NCBI RefSeq assembly: GCF_001194135.2
Contig: NC_068982.1
Span: forward strand, 30,105,644 to 30,169,643
DNA from: Octopus bimaculoides
Lineage: Eukaryota
Reading direction: 5' to 3'
Length of the DNA stretch: 64,000 nt
In this document: piece by piece, positions 12,920 through 26,148 of the stretch
How positions within the stretch are numbered: position 1 is the first letter of the stretch
Layout: each line of letters opens with the position of its first letter
Program-made: the position numbers and the translations under genes
Notes under the pieces: generated by a model
Seen by the model: only the letters and a program-made list of their open reading frames with translations
Databases searched by the model: none
Told to the model about the DNA's origin: nothing

Positions 12920-13345
12920 TTCATCATCATCATCGTTTAACATCCGCTTTCCATGCTAGCACGGGTTGGACGATTTGACTGAGGACTGGTGAAACCAGAT
13001 GGGTACACCAGGCTCCAATCTGATTTGGCAGAGTTTCTACAGCTGGATGCCCTTCCTAATGCCAACCACTCAGAGAGTGTAGTGGGTGCTTTTACGTGTC
13101 ACCTGCACGAAGGCCAGTCAGGTGGTACTGGCAATGGTAATGCTCAAAATGGTGCATTTTATGTGCCACCCGCACAAGAGTCAGTCCAGGGGCACTGGCA
13201 ACGATCTCGCTCGAAAATCCCACGAAGGCCAGCCAGGCGGCAATGGCAACGGTCACGCTCAAAATGGTGCATTTCTTGTGTCACCCGCACAAGAGCCAGT
13301 CCAGGGGCACTGGCAACAATCTTGCTCGAAAATCCTACGACGGCC
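12920..13345 (-). mobile_element. Non-autonomous element with an RTE-like (GAT)n tail (family B) and an internal 115-bp tandem duplication
   Basis: CATCATCATCGTTTAAC...CAGCTGGATGCCCTTCCTAATGCCAACC motif is shared with copies near 7840, 21420, 25700, 34770, 41805, 48530, 52450 and 54310. Unit starts at 13106, 13221 and 13336. Confidence 0.75.
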
Positions 13346-13569
13346 CTTTCATTATTGTATTTCTGTTGAGATGATCTATGTTTCTTTTAATTAATTTAAA
13401 ATATAACAAATAATTTAGTAAAGTAACTTAGTTATCATTAAGCTAATATTAGGAGCATAAATTGTGACTTAAGGTTTGGTGGAAGGTTTTAATTCAAAAC
13501 TTATGAAAACAAGACATTTGCACTTCGGGGCGAGAGGCGGTTTCAGCCGGATTGATATCAAAAACGTTA

Positions 13570-13700
13570 AGAGTGTTCCCATAGCACTGAGCAGCAATCA
13601 TGATGTCAGCACTCTGATACCTGGCACAAATCATCATGACACAGGTTACTCTTTTCCAGTATTCAGATGGTTTCCAGTCCTCTATGTCAACTAACTTTTT
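13570..13700 (-). pseudogene. Possible Tc1/mariner (maT-like) transposase N-terminal remnant
   Basis: PSEYWKRVTCVMMICARYQSADIMIAAQC parallels PEIWKQQAVLLGIHAGISNTNISECLG at 41561. Confidence 0.35.
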
Positions 13701-14487
13701 CTCAACTACAAATTGAATCTTTTTGCTCTCCAATGCTATTGATTGTTCACCAATACATGAAGCTGTTCTTGAAAAAAAGAAACATACTCTTTTGCATTTC
13801 AAGCACATGTTCTTCTACAGAAAAAAAAGATGAGGGGAAAGAAAAAAAATGGAGCGAGTAAAGAGGAAATGTGTCTCAATTAGACAGTCACCACATGCTG
13901 AAATGACTGGAGGAAGAAGAGGGTGCTAGAGGCATGAGTGGTAAGGGAAACAGCAGTGAAGTTGCCATATGTATATATCCCTTTGATATATATACATAGA
14001 AAGGATTTCTACCAACATACATTAGTACAGTACAACCATGAGTACTAATGAGCAAGTATGGTTGTTAATAATATATACTGTCGTCGTCATCATCATTGTT
14101 TAGCCTTCACATTTACTTGCTTGCATAGATCCAGTGGAATTTGTTGGGGCAGATTTTCTATGACTGGATTTCCTTTCTATCATTCACCATTCCATCCTTC
14201 CAATAAGGCAATATTTTCCCACAGCCGGACATGTTTTTCACAGATCACTGGAAATGAAGAACCTTACTCATGTGACACTCACACACACACACACACTCTC
14301 AATAGAGCAACATGTAATAAAGTGCCAACATGAAATAAAGGACACAATGTGCCATCTGGTCCGGAAATTGAACCCACGGTCTTAAGATCATGAGCCGAAC
14401 ACCCTAACTGCTTGGCCACATCCCTCCACTAACCTGCAATTCTCCACTAATCAATTTGTTATTGCATTTTTCTATGAGATGAATTAT

Positions 14488-14715
14488 TTCACTCTTTAGC
14501 ATTTAAACCATTCATATCCAGCCCAAATACTCTACTTGTTTTGTATTCATACTTGGCCAGATCTGGCTTTTCAGACCTACCTTTCAGTGTCTTCCTAAAA
14601 ATACGATAATATCATTGAAATCCTGAAGCTATGAGATAATGCCTGATTAAACTTAAAACATTGTGAGTAAATAAGTGTCATATTTGACAGGGTAACTCGA
14701 ATGCTAAAGAACTAA
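14488..14715 (-). mobile_element. piggyBac-like MITE (~225 bp)
   Basis: Reverse complement of the 15490-15717 element; eroded CTTTAGCATT...AATGCTAAAG termini. Confidence 0.75.
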
Positions 14716-14792
14716 TCAGCAAATACTGTTGTTTCCATTCTTCACTTCTAATTAATTTCCACAACCAATTATTGTCTTTTTATAATTTACAG

Positions 14793-14914
14793 ATATGACC
14801 GATCAGGGCTTGAAACTTACTGATCAACCTCACATAGTTGTTACAACACCAGGACGACTTGCTGACCATTTGGAGAGCTGTGACACCTTTAATTTCAAGC
14901 AGCTGAGATTTCTG
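14793..14914 (+). CDS. DDX49: Next exon of the DDX49-like helicase (motif Ib TPGRL), ending just before motif II
   Basis: TTTACAG acceptor (AG 14791-14792) and GTAAGA donor at 14915. 122 nt; phase matches the preceding exon (A|AT = Asn). Translates NMTDQGLKLTDQPHIVVTTPGRLADHLESCDTFNFKQLRFL. GRLADHL and RFL fit DDX49 better than DDX47 (GRLIDHL, KYL). Confidence 0.92.
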
Positions 14915-15180
14915 GTAAGACAGTTATTTACTTTGTTTTCTGGTCCTGTTTGTTGCTTGTGATTTACTGTAAACATTAAATTAACATAGCTTGGGGTTAA
15001 CATAAGCTGGAAACTAAATAAAATATTCTGTTTACTTCCTCTGACATTTGCCCTCCTTCTGGAAACTGGTTCTTGATATTCTGTATGGAGTAGAAACTGA
15101 CACACTGGTATAATCTTTCAGGTCATTGGGGCAATGAAACTATCAAACCATAACAAAAACGGAACCTTGTGGCAGTTTGA

Positions 15181-15489
15181 CCCTTTTGCTACCATATTTC
15201 TTTTAAAATACACAGTCTTAGTTTCATTTAGTTTTGAGAAAAATTAAGAATTTATTAAAATAACCATATCCTTATTAAGCTGTTGTTTAGAACATAAAGT
15301 ACATGAAATTTTGATGGAAGTTTTTGATTTGAATAATTTTAACCCTTTTGTTACTATATTCATTTTGAAATACACAGTCTTTGTTTCAGTTAGTTTTGAA
15401 AATAATGAAGTAATTTTGTCCCCATAAAGCTGGTGTTCAAAATGGAAATTGATATGAAAATCTAATGGAAGGTTTTGGTATAGATCATT
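15181..15489 (+). repeat. Tandem pair (~160 bp period) of a MITE-like fragment related to 13345-13570
   Basis: CCCTTTTG.TAC.ATATT...AAATACACAGTCTT occurs at 15181 and ~15343. Confidence 0.65.
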
Positions 15490-15717
15490 TTAACCCTTTA
15501 ACATTCAGATTACTATGTCAAATGTAATGTTTATCTAGTCACATTATCTTGAATTACTAATGTATTGTCTCATAGCTTTGAGATTTCAGTGATGCGATTG
15601 TTTATTTGTAGAATGATATTGTAGTGTAGATGTGAGAGGCTGAATCTTTCTGGTTTGAACACAAAAGTGGAAGAATATTTGGGCTGGATATGGCCGGATT
15701 AACTGCTAAGAGGTTAA
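15490..15717 (+). mobile_element. piggyBac-like MITE
   Basis: TTAA-CCCTTTAACATT ... CTGCTAAGAGG-TTAA: TTAA flanks and terminal inverted repeats. Confidence 0.8.
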
Positions 15718-16009
15718 AACAGATTTTGTGACATAGAACCATAAGCTACTTAATCTCCTGTAAAGTCCAGATTTGTTATTGCAAACTAATGTGACCCTGT
15801 TAATGATACTTGGCAGCAAAGCATGAAATGGAGTTGCAGTCTTTATAAAATATATAAAAGTTTGTATAAATTATAAGATGTGGTTTTTAAGTGGAAGGTT
15901 AAGTATTGACAATTGTACTGTTTACCAGATAAATTTCATGGACTAATATTTAAGCAGTTAATGTCAACTGTCATTTTGACTAGAATACTTATGTTTAATC
16001 AAACTCAAA

Positions 16010-16230
16010 TTAACTCTTTAGCATTCACATTACTCTGTCAAATGCAAAACTTATTTATTCATGTTGTTTTCAATTAATCATGCATTATCTGGTAACTTCC
16101 AGATTTGGGATGATATGATTGTTTAGTTTCAGAATGTCATCATAAGGTAGGTATAAGAGGCCAGACGTTGGTGTTTTGAACATAAAATGTGTAGAATATT
16201 TGGACCAGATTTGGTTGGTTTAAATGTTAA
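16010..16230 (+). mobile_element. piggyBac-like MITE, same family
   Basis: TTAACTCTTTAGCATTCACATTACTCTGTCAAATG start; colinear with 15490-15717. Confidence 0.75.
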
Positions 16231-16325
16231 ATATAATCAAGAGAATGGTGAGAGAAAGATTTTGTGGGAACATAAATCCTGTGTTTCAGAAAAGAACAGC
16301 AAGAAATAGAAGCATAATATATAAG

Positions 16326-16770
16326 CAGGCATGGCTGTGTGGTAAGACGCTTGCTTCCCAACCACATGATTCTGGGTTCAGTCCCACTGTGTGGCACCTT
16401 GGGCAAATGTCTTCTACTATAGCCTCAGGCTGACCAAAGTCTTGTGAGTGGGTTTGGTACATGGAATTTGAAAGAACACTGTTGTATACATATATATATA
16501 TATATATATGTTTATATATGTGTATATATGTATATGTATATATCTGTATTTGTGTCTTTGTATCTGTGTTTGTCCTCCCATCACCACTTGAAAACCGGTG
16601 CTGGTGTGTTTACATCCCCGTAACTTAGCAGTTCGGCAAAAGAGACTGGTACGATAAGTACTAGGCTTAAAAAAATAAGTCCTGGGGTTGATTTGTCCAA
16701 TCAAAAAACCCTCCAAACTGGTGCTCCAGTATGGCTGCAGTCACTTTACTGAAACAAATAAAAGAATAAG
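16326..16770 (+). mobile_element. SINE family A, near full length
   Basis: Head GCAGGCATGGCTGTGTGGTAAG, internal (TA)n, tail ACTGAAACAAATAAAAGAATA. Confidence 0.85.
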
Positions 16771-18764
16771 TCTGAACTCCACCAGCAGCAGCAAGAAGAA
16801 GAACAAACCCTGCAATAGATGTGAAAATCAATTTACCTTTCTGTAGAAACTATAGTATCATCAAAAGTTTGTAAATGTCCTGATGGAAAACATCCAATTA
16901 ACTGGTCTGGTTTTGTCATTAAAGGTAATTACTTTATGTTGGATGCTCATCAGGTGAAAAACTAATCAAAAGGACAGAAATACATTTGGCACTAATAACA
17001 AAATGTTATGAAATATGTGACTGTTTTGTGTCATTTGAAATTATTTGTTAAAACTTAATGCTATAAATTCAGTTTTCTGAATATCCATTTTTCGGTAAAA
17101 TTTTGGGATCTTTACCTTTTCATGGACAGCACAATTAATTAATTTTCTAAACATTTTGAAACTTCGTATACTGGTAGAATGTGTCAGATAGAACACCTTT
17201 TACTCTTAGCGTTGTTGAGAAAAGTTTGTATTTATGAAGTCATTTTATGCTAAAGTTGTCGTATTTCAGTAATTTCAACCAATCAATGATATGTATTCAG
17301 CTGAATAAAATTTACTGCCATTGTTTGTACACAACAACTTCCAGCAGTGTATATTTCGTTTGCCACTGCTATTTATGACATATTTCATCTCAGTTATGTT
17401 CGTATGAATAAACGAGTGTATCTCAAGCATGTTTACTTCATGGCACCAAGAAAACAGTGCATCGCTTGGTCCAGGAATCGAAACTGCGATCTTATGATAA
17501 TGACTCTAACACCCTAACCACTAAACCATGCACCTCTGATTTTTGATGTCTGAGAAAGGAGCTAAATTACTTCTGTCCTTGGGTTTTTACTGGTGTCTGA
17601 TACAACACATGTGAAAATTGCTCTGAGCTAGTTGTAGTTGTTTGTCTGTGAAAGAATAGAAAGGGACGATTTTAATAAGATATTGAGTATGTTTAGGTCT
17701 GCCATAATTTTTGAACACATAAGGCAAGAGCTTGACCCAATTTCCATGGTATGTAAGTGACTGAGATTATAACACTCTCTCACTGAATGGGATGCTGTTC
17801 CATCGCAGGACTAACTTCCCAAGTGTTTTCGGAACTCATTTACAGCTGAATAGGCTGGATCAAGGTGGAATGGGGTGTTTTGCTCAAGAGAACAACCCAC
17901 TGCCCAATTCGGGAATTGAAACCATGATTTTATGGTTGTGAGTCCAACACCCTAACCACTAGGCAACATGCTCTCACCTTCAGCATGTTTGCCCCTCTTT
18001 TATTCATATATTGGATCCAGTCATTGAACCATTTTCAAACCTTTTGGTAATTTTATCAAGCCTGGTACTTACCTGTAAGTTTAGTATTTAATTCATTAAT
18101 TGTGGTACCACTTAGCTACAGGCCATTAATGTTAACTCTCACATATATACACACACACAAACTTTGATGGGTCAAGAGTTTATCTTGTATGGTATTTAAT
18201 ATACCACTCTTTGTCCTTGTTATCCTTATTCATGCTACTGGCTGCTCTGAGTTCTTAGGCTATGATAGTTCTCTACTCATTTTGTATATATGTCTAACTG
18301 TTATGTCTGGTTGGAGTGAAGGTAGGGCAACACTGTTGATGATGCTCATTGAGGTAGAATTATGTATTCATGACTGTTATCTGGTTGTCATATCAATTCT
18401 AGAGAATTGTTGATTTGTTGAGATTATCTCATTCAGAGTCAGCTGCAGTTGCCAATAGCTGTTTGTTTACTCTTTTTCAAAGTGGAAATAATTTCAATGA
18501 ATCAAGAGTTAATATTGTATGATATTTAACAAGCCCTAACATCACTCAGGCTGCAGCACAAAAACTTGCCTTTCTCACTTCGAAGCCCCAAAATACTTTA
18601 GCTCCTAGTGGTTACTAACCCTGTACAAAGTTATTTTTACAGAAGAAGTCTGATATATATATAAATGCATAAATATATACGTGTGCACGCACACACACGC
18701 ATGTGTATACATGCAAATATATTTATGTATAAGTGTATGTATATATATGTGTGTGTGTGTATGC

Positions 18765-18795
<31 letters not shown>

Positions 18796-18906
18796 GTAAC
18801 AAACTGAGGAAAAGAATCCCTTCAAAGGAGTGTTTTAAACATCCAGTTCACTGGTACGTCAGTTGAATACCATATAAATGTGGGTGTAATGCAATTACAA
18901 AGATTT

Positions 18907-19070
18907 ATTAAATAGAGAGATACTATTGACAATCCAATAATTCATTTATATTATATCATATTACAATATTACATCATATACTATGAATATAACAATATTA
19001 TATAACACATATTGTAATATTATAATATATAATATATTATTGGATTTTCAATAGTATCTCTCTATTTAAT
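18907..19070. repeat. Inverted repeat, 35-bp arms with AT-rich spacer
   Basis: 18907-18941 is the reverse complement of 19036-19070 with one mismatch. Confidence 0.85.
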
Positions 19071-19071
19071 G

Positions 19072-19117
<46 letters not shown>

Positions 19118-19226
19118 TTTATATATATACATATATATATATATATTTATTTAATTATATAGTTATAATTTTCTTACAAAACACAGCGTAGAAGTGCTCA
19201 AGTTGAACCTGAAGCATTAGATAAAT

Positions 19227-19773
19227 ATAGTGGATAGAATGGAGAAAGTTTAAATCAGCCAGACTATGATTAACACATACATATATCAGGCAGACTACGA
19301 TTACCGCACACATACAGGTTTTGCTAAGATAACATAAGGATTGTCCAAACTGAAACATATAGAGATATAAAAAATATATAGAAATATAAAAAATATATGA
19401 ATACTGCAAATATACATGGACATATAGGTATATAAATATATAAACATAGTGATAATAGAATATAGATAAAAATGATAGTGGAATATAGATACAAAACGTT
19501 TTTAAAAAAATATTACTTTATCATATTTTTAATTTTTTAAAAAACGTTTTGTATCTATTTGCCACTATTATTTTTATCTTTATTCTATTATTACTATGTT
19601 TATATATCTGTATACCTATATGTCCATTCATATATTTTTATATTGTTATATATCTAATATACCAAAATATATTTCAGTTCGAACAATCCTTATTTTATCT
19701 TAACTAAACCTGTATATGTCTGTGCAAATCTTAGTCTGTGCCTTATTTGAACTTTTTTCATTCTATCCACTAT
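19227..19773. repeat. Large foldback palindrome, arms ~250-280 bp, running into a gap
   Basis: Left-arm ATAGTGGATAGAAT, TAAGGATTGTCCAAACTGAAA, GGACATATAGGTATA and AGATACAAAACGTTTTTAAAAAA are all mirrored in order right of ~19520. Confidence 0.85.
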
Positions 19774-20526
19774 NNNNNNNNNNNNNNNNNNNNNNNNNNN
19801 NNNNNNNNNNNNNNNNNNNNNNNNNNNNNNNNNNNNNNNNNNNNNNNNNNNNNNNNNNNNNNNNNNNNNNNNNNNNNNNNNNNNNNNNNNNNNNNNNNNN
19901 NNNNNNNNNNNNNNNNNNNNNNNNNNNNNNNNNNNNNNNNNNNNNNNNNNNNNNNNNNNNNNNNNNNNNNNNNNNNNNNNNNNNNNNNNNNNNNNNNNNN
20001 NNNNNNNNNNNNNNNNNNNNNNNNNNNNNNNNNNNNNNNNNNNNNNNNNNNNNNNNNNNNNNNNNNNNNNNNNNNNNNNNNNNNNNNNNNNNNNNNNNNN
20101 NNNNNNNNNNNNNNNNNNNNNNNNNNNNNNNNNNNNNNNNNNNNNNNNNNNNNNNNNNNNNNNNNNNNNNNNNNNNNNNNNNNNNNNNNNNNNNNNNNNN
20201 NNNNNNNNNNNNNNNNNNNNNNNNNNNNNNNNNNNNNNNNNNNNNNNNNNNNNNNNNNNNNNNNNNNNNNNNNNNNNNNNNNNNNNNNNNNNNNNNNNNN
20301 NNNNNNNNNNNNNNNNNNNNNNNNNNNNNNNNNNNNNNNNNNNNNNNNNNNNNNNNNNNNNNNNNNNNNNNNNNNNNNNNNNNNNNNNNNNNNNNNNNNN
20401 NNNNNNNNNNNNNNNNNNNNNNNNNNNNNNNNNNNNNNNNNNNNNNNNNNNNNNNNNNNNNNNNNNNNNNNNNNNNNNNNNNNNNNNNNNNNNNNNNNNN
20501 NNNNNNNNNNNNNNNNNNNNNNNNNN

Positions 20527-20567
<41 letters not shown>

Positions 20568-22859
20568 CTACATACACACACACACATGCACATATGCAGA
20601 TAAATGTGCGTGTATGTTTGTTTCCTATGACTGCTTGACAACCAGTGCTGGTCTGTTTACATCCCCATAGCATAGTGGTTCAGAATAGATTAAACATCAG
20701 AGTTAAATTTAAAAAAAAAAAACAGAAAAAAAAGTACTGGGGTTGATTTGTTTGACTGAGCTTTTCCAGGTGGTACCACAGCATGGTCACAGCCCAGTGA
20801 CCAGAATATGTAAAAGATAAAAGATACCTAAATACAATTTTGATACAATTTAAAATAACTGATATGTTATTAAATTGACATAGTAAATTTTTATTTTATT
20901 TTATTTTTAAGTTTCAATTTTTCGTACATTCTATTCTGTTTCTTTGTTATTTACTCTTCTGTGCAGTTTGCATTCTATGATAACATTTGTCATAATTAAG
21001 AAAATATTTATTTTCCTCTTGTAAATACATTTTCTCTTTCAGAACAAAATCAATTTCTGTCCCAAAATGTGTTTAGTTTAACTTGAAAACATTTTTGATG
21101 TTTTTCTTTCTTTTCTTAAATCGGTCATCTTCCTGAAAAAATTATTTCTCTTTGCTATATTTCTTATAACTCACTCACTTTCTTAGTGTTTCGAATGTGG
21201 ATGGAGTAATTCAAAGTACATACATTTATATAAAATACATGTGTTTTACATTTTTCTTTCCATTATGCATAGGGAGAGAGAATTTATTATTTGTTTCAGC
21301 TAAAATACTTGTTTATATAGCCTGATATCCTTTCTGATCACTTAATTGTGAATTAAGAAATGCAGCTTAAATGAAGTGAACAGGTTGATATATGTATGTA
21401 TATGTGTATGTAATGTATATATTATCGTCATCTAACTTCCATTTTCTCTGCTGCATTGGTTGGGCTGTTTAACAGAAGCTGGTGAACAAGAGGACTGCTT
21501 CAAGCCCTACTGTTAGTTTCTATGGCTGGATGTCCTTCCTAATGCCATCTACTTCACAGATAGTACTGGGCACTTTTTTATATGGCACCAGCGAGATCAC
21601 TAAGTAATTTGTAACACGACTCCTCAACTGAGAGGGGAGTGGCATTAAGAGAGGTGGCTTTGTGCCAAGTGATGAAAGGCTAAAGTATGACAGAAATACT
21701 ATTGGCTTAACCCTTTAACTGTCAGCTAACATCTTGATTTAAGATGTCCTTTACCAAATCTCATTATTTTGCTTCAAACATATACCTCTAGATATCCTTG
21801 TTGCTTATTTTGATTATATATATGTANNNNNNNNNNNNNNNNNNNNNNNNNNNNNNNNNNNNNNNNNNNNNNNNNNNNNNNNNNNNNNNNNNNNNNNNNN
21901 NNNNNNNNNNNNNNNNNNNNNNNNNNNNNNNNNNNNNNNNNNNNNNNNNNNNNNNNNNNNNNNNNNNNNNNNNNNNNNNNNNNNNNNNNNNNNNNNNNNN
22001 NNNNNNNNNNNNNNNNNNNNNNNNNNNNNNNNNNNNNNNNNNNNNNNNNNNNNNNNNNNNNNNNNNNNNNNNNNNNNNNNNNNNNNNNNNNNNNNNNNNN
22101 NNNNNNNNNNNNNNNNNNNNNNNNNNNNNNNNNNNNNNNNNNNNNNNNNNNNNNNNNNNNNNNNNNNNNNNNNNNNNNNNNNNNNNNNNNNNNNNNNNNN
22201 NNNNNNNNNNNNNNNNNNNNNNNNNNNNNNNNNNNNNNNNNNNNNNNNNNNNNNNNNNNNNNNNNNNNNNNNNNNNNNNNNNNNNNNNNNNNNNNNNNNN
22301 NNNNNNNNNNNNNNNNNNNNNNNNNNNNNNNNNNNNNNNNNNNNNNNNNNNNNNNNNNNNNNNNNNNNNNNNNNNNNNNNNNNNNNNNNNNNNNNNNNNN
22401 NNNNNNNNNNNNNNNNNNNNNNNNNNNNNNNNNNNNNNNNNNNNNNNNNNNNNNNNNNNNNNNNNNNNNNNNNNNNNNNNNNNNNNNNNNNNNNNNNNNN
22501 NNNNNNNNNNNNNNNNNNNNNNNNNNNNNNNNNNNNNNNNNNNNNNNNNNNNNNNNNNNNNNNNNNNNNNNNNNNNNNNNNNNNNNNNNNNNNNNNNNNN
22601 NNNNNNNNNNNNNNNNNNNNNNNNNNNNNNNNNNNNNNNNNNNNNNNNNNNNNNNNNNNNNNNNNNNNNNNNNNNNNNNNNNNNNNNNNNNNNNNNNNNN
22701 NNNNNNNNNNNNNNNNNNNNNNNNNNNNNNNNNNNNNNNNNNNNNNNNNNNNNNNNNNNNNNNNNNNNNNNNNNNNNNNNNNNNNNNNNNNNNNNNNNNN
22801 NNATATATATATATATATATATATGTTTGTATATATATGTTTGTATATATATGTATGTA

Positions 22860-22897
<38 letters not shown>

Positions 22898-24502
22898 AAA
22901 GTACACATTAAGTACAGGACATCACCAGTTAGTGAAAAATACGTAAATACATGAGCGATAAGAAGAGGACAAATAGAAAAGAAAAAAATACACATTATGT
23001 ACAGGATATTACCAACGAGTGAAAAATACATAAACACACAGAGAGAAGTACAGGACAAAATACCGCAGAAAGTCTGACCCCTCCTCAGTTGTTGACTTGT
23101 TTGTTACTATCTGTGATTGGGCTTTCAACAACAAGACAGAAAACTTCATAAGACAGCAGTATCCAGAAATTTTAAAAGTATAAAATTTATTGAGAGTTTA
23201 GGGCTTCAAACGAAGAAATGCCACCATAGTGAACATACAGAGTAAACAATTGGAGATAGACATTAAGGGCTATTAGGCCAAGATGAATTGTAATGGCTAA
23301 TGCCTGGGAATAATTTTGAAAGGATATAGAATAAATAGAAGAGAAAAAATAGTTGTAGAGCAAAAAATATCAAGAGGCTAGAGAAACACACACACAGTTT
23401 GCCAAATAAAATGTATACACACTTCAGGAAAGGCAAAAAAATCTATGTAAATATTTTAATTTAGTGTTATTGCAATTCATTCAGTCATATTGTATTTTAA
23501 TGAAACATCGAAAGAGGTATTTATATTTATATTTATAGAGCAATTTATGCAAGTTAAGTATTTATACAGATTTTTCCTTTCCTGAAGTATGTATACATAC
23601 TTTCGGCAGACTGTATATGCAAGCATGTACATGCCGTTTTCTGGTTTATATTTGCAGTTTTACCATTTAAGCAGTTATAATACTTATTGAAATTGTGTTT
23701 GTGTATGAAAATTCAATTGAAATTGAAAATCCCGCTTAAACATTTTTTTTCTGTAATGTGTCGAAATCCATAACTTTCTGCATATTTTGGTTTAAATTCT
23801 TTGGAATATATTGTGCCTCTTTGAGTTTTCTTTACATTTTGTCTTCATTCCCAACAAACCACAGGTAAACATTCAATGTCGGTAACATCATTTGAAATAC
23901 TAGTAACCTGAGAAAACCTTATTTCTAAAATTGTGACCTTTTCATTGATTCAGTTATGAACGTTCCATTCCTTATCATACATTTTAAAATTGCAAAACCA
24001 AATCTGCATTTGTGTATAAACACATTTCATTCAATTATGGCTTCTAGTGTCATAGGTGCAACTGCTTACTCTGTTGATAAGGGCTATTATTTTTGATATG
24101 TTGAAAGGACATTTTGACATTGGAAAGACTTTTGCTGATTTGTTGATGGCAAGAACAATTTCTAACTTAATTTTCCATTGGTTTCAATTTTATATTGATT
24201 TGAATTTTCTAAAATTCTTCTTCACACAACTACTTGACTTTTCATTTAGATATTGAACTATTTTATTATTGTATATTGTAGTTAATGTCGTTCAGCCCCA
24301 GCTCATCTCTGATTGAGCTGATCAAGGATTGAAGGCTCCCTAGCCATGACCATCTCCTTTTGTATGTTTATGATACATTCCTCATTTTTAGTTTCTGTTA
24401 AGACGGAATGTGCCTTGAAGTAGCCTTTGGTTGGCATTGTTGTTTGGCAGGCAACAAAATACACACACACACACACGCACGCACCCCCCCCACACGCACG
24501 CA

Positions 24503-24542
<40 letters not shown>

Positions 24543-26148
24543 ACATCAGCACAAATTCATTCACAAGGCATTAGGCAGTAGCCAAGGTGTTGTGGAGTGA
24601 GACTGAACCCAAAGCCATATGGTTGCAAAGCTAATTCATTAACCACACATGCGCAAACACCCATATGCACTCATGTTCACACACACACACACAAGACACG
24701 CTTCTGTACTGCTTAAGTATACCATATTTCACACACTATGCATTGGTGTAGCCTGTGGCTTTCAGTAGAAGAGACTTGCTCAAGATAGCATTCCATGAAG
24801 TTAGAGTCCGAAACCATATAGTTGCAAAGCACATTTCATAACCACCCAGCTATACATTAAATTAATCTAGTTGATTGAGTGGCAATGCAGATGTTGGTAC
24901 TGTGAAGAATTGAGTTGAAGGGAATCTTACAAGTGATTATTTGGCTTTTGATGAATTTCTATTTTGTCTGTGTTCAGAATTACATCTTGTGATGGGTTGA
25001 TTGTGATTGATATCAGTTCTTGTCTGAAGCTAATTTAGGTGTTGGGGGAAATAAAAAAAATGTTTCATTGCTTGCCCTATAACTAAGCAAATGTCTGAAA
25101 TTATTTATAAATGAGATAAATTTAAATAAAAAACAGAAAGAAACTGTAGGAAATAAAATGTAGTTTTTGCTATACGACTATCCTGATTATTGAGGAGAGA
25201 TGTATTTTTTTTTTTTCATGTGGCAGAGTTCTGACAGGAAATAGAGAAACAGATTTTCTACTTTACATATTGTAGAGCACTTGAAGATAATATTTTTTAT
25301 AAGTTGAAAAAAAAAAAAAAAATGAACGACTTACATCTAATGCTGCTTTCCAATATATTAAAAATTTATGAATGTAAGTATTTGAACTACTGCAGAAAAA
25401 AAAAACAGCAAAAAATTTATTTATAGATTTTTCAAGAAACTTTGCGTAAATTGCAAAGGACATTAGTTAATAAAGAAAGGGGGGAAAATAAAAATCCTAA
25501 AAACATCTGAATTGAGTTAACATCCATCAAAAGTTTGATGAGATTTGATGTGACATTAATTGTTATTAAATTTTGTCTAATATAAAAAGAGCTTTATATT
25601 ATTACCGAATGTATTTTTTTCTGCTTGCTTAATATGTTGGCAATGGATTAAGCTACACAGTCTCTCAGTGCATGCACTTGGCAATGGTGGTGGCAGTGCT
25701 GTCATCATTGGGTGTTTAGTTTACACCTGCTTTCCATGCTGGAATGGGGGTTTCATGGTTCAATGACATGAGACTAATCAGAGGACTGCATCGTGCTTCA
25801 GTATCTCAGTTTTGGCTGGATTTCTACAGCTGGATGGTATCCCTAACATCGACTACTTTATGGAGTGAACCATGTTCTTTTATTTATTTATTTATTCATT
25901 TTTTTTATTGTGTAGCACCAATATTATTCCTTGTGCAGCTTGCTTGAGTAGAGAGCTTGAAGTGCCTTCATGAATGAATGGAAAAAAGAAGAGGCAGTGA
26001 GATGATGTGAGATGGTTTTATATGATGAGAGGAACTGATTTATCATTACGAGAGGCAGTAACAGAGGTGACCTTGTTAGAGGGTAGAGTATAGAAGGAAT
26101 AAGATAAAAAGAGAGGGAGTATTAGAATTCAATGTGAAAGTACTTCCT

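Larger units (their letters stand above)
154..14792 (+). other. 14.6-kb phase-1 GT-AG intron of the helicase gene
   Basis: Bounded by the two phase-compatible exons and filled with repeats. Confidence 0.8.

Noticed and set aside
12989-13394. Two overlapping ORFs of 126 and 102 aa with repeated peptides
   Set aside because: They lie in a family B repeat, and the 115-bp unit is not a multiple of three.
13585-13650. ATGATG...CTGA resembling a C/D box snoRNA
   Set aside because: Box spacing is too short, there is no terminal stem or recognisable rRNA guide, and a transposase remnant on the other strand explains the sequence better.
13968-13998. Hairpin TATGTATATATC...GATATATATACATA
   Set aside because: The complementarity comes from self-complementary TA repeats.
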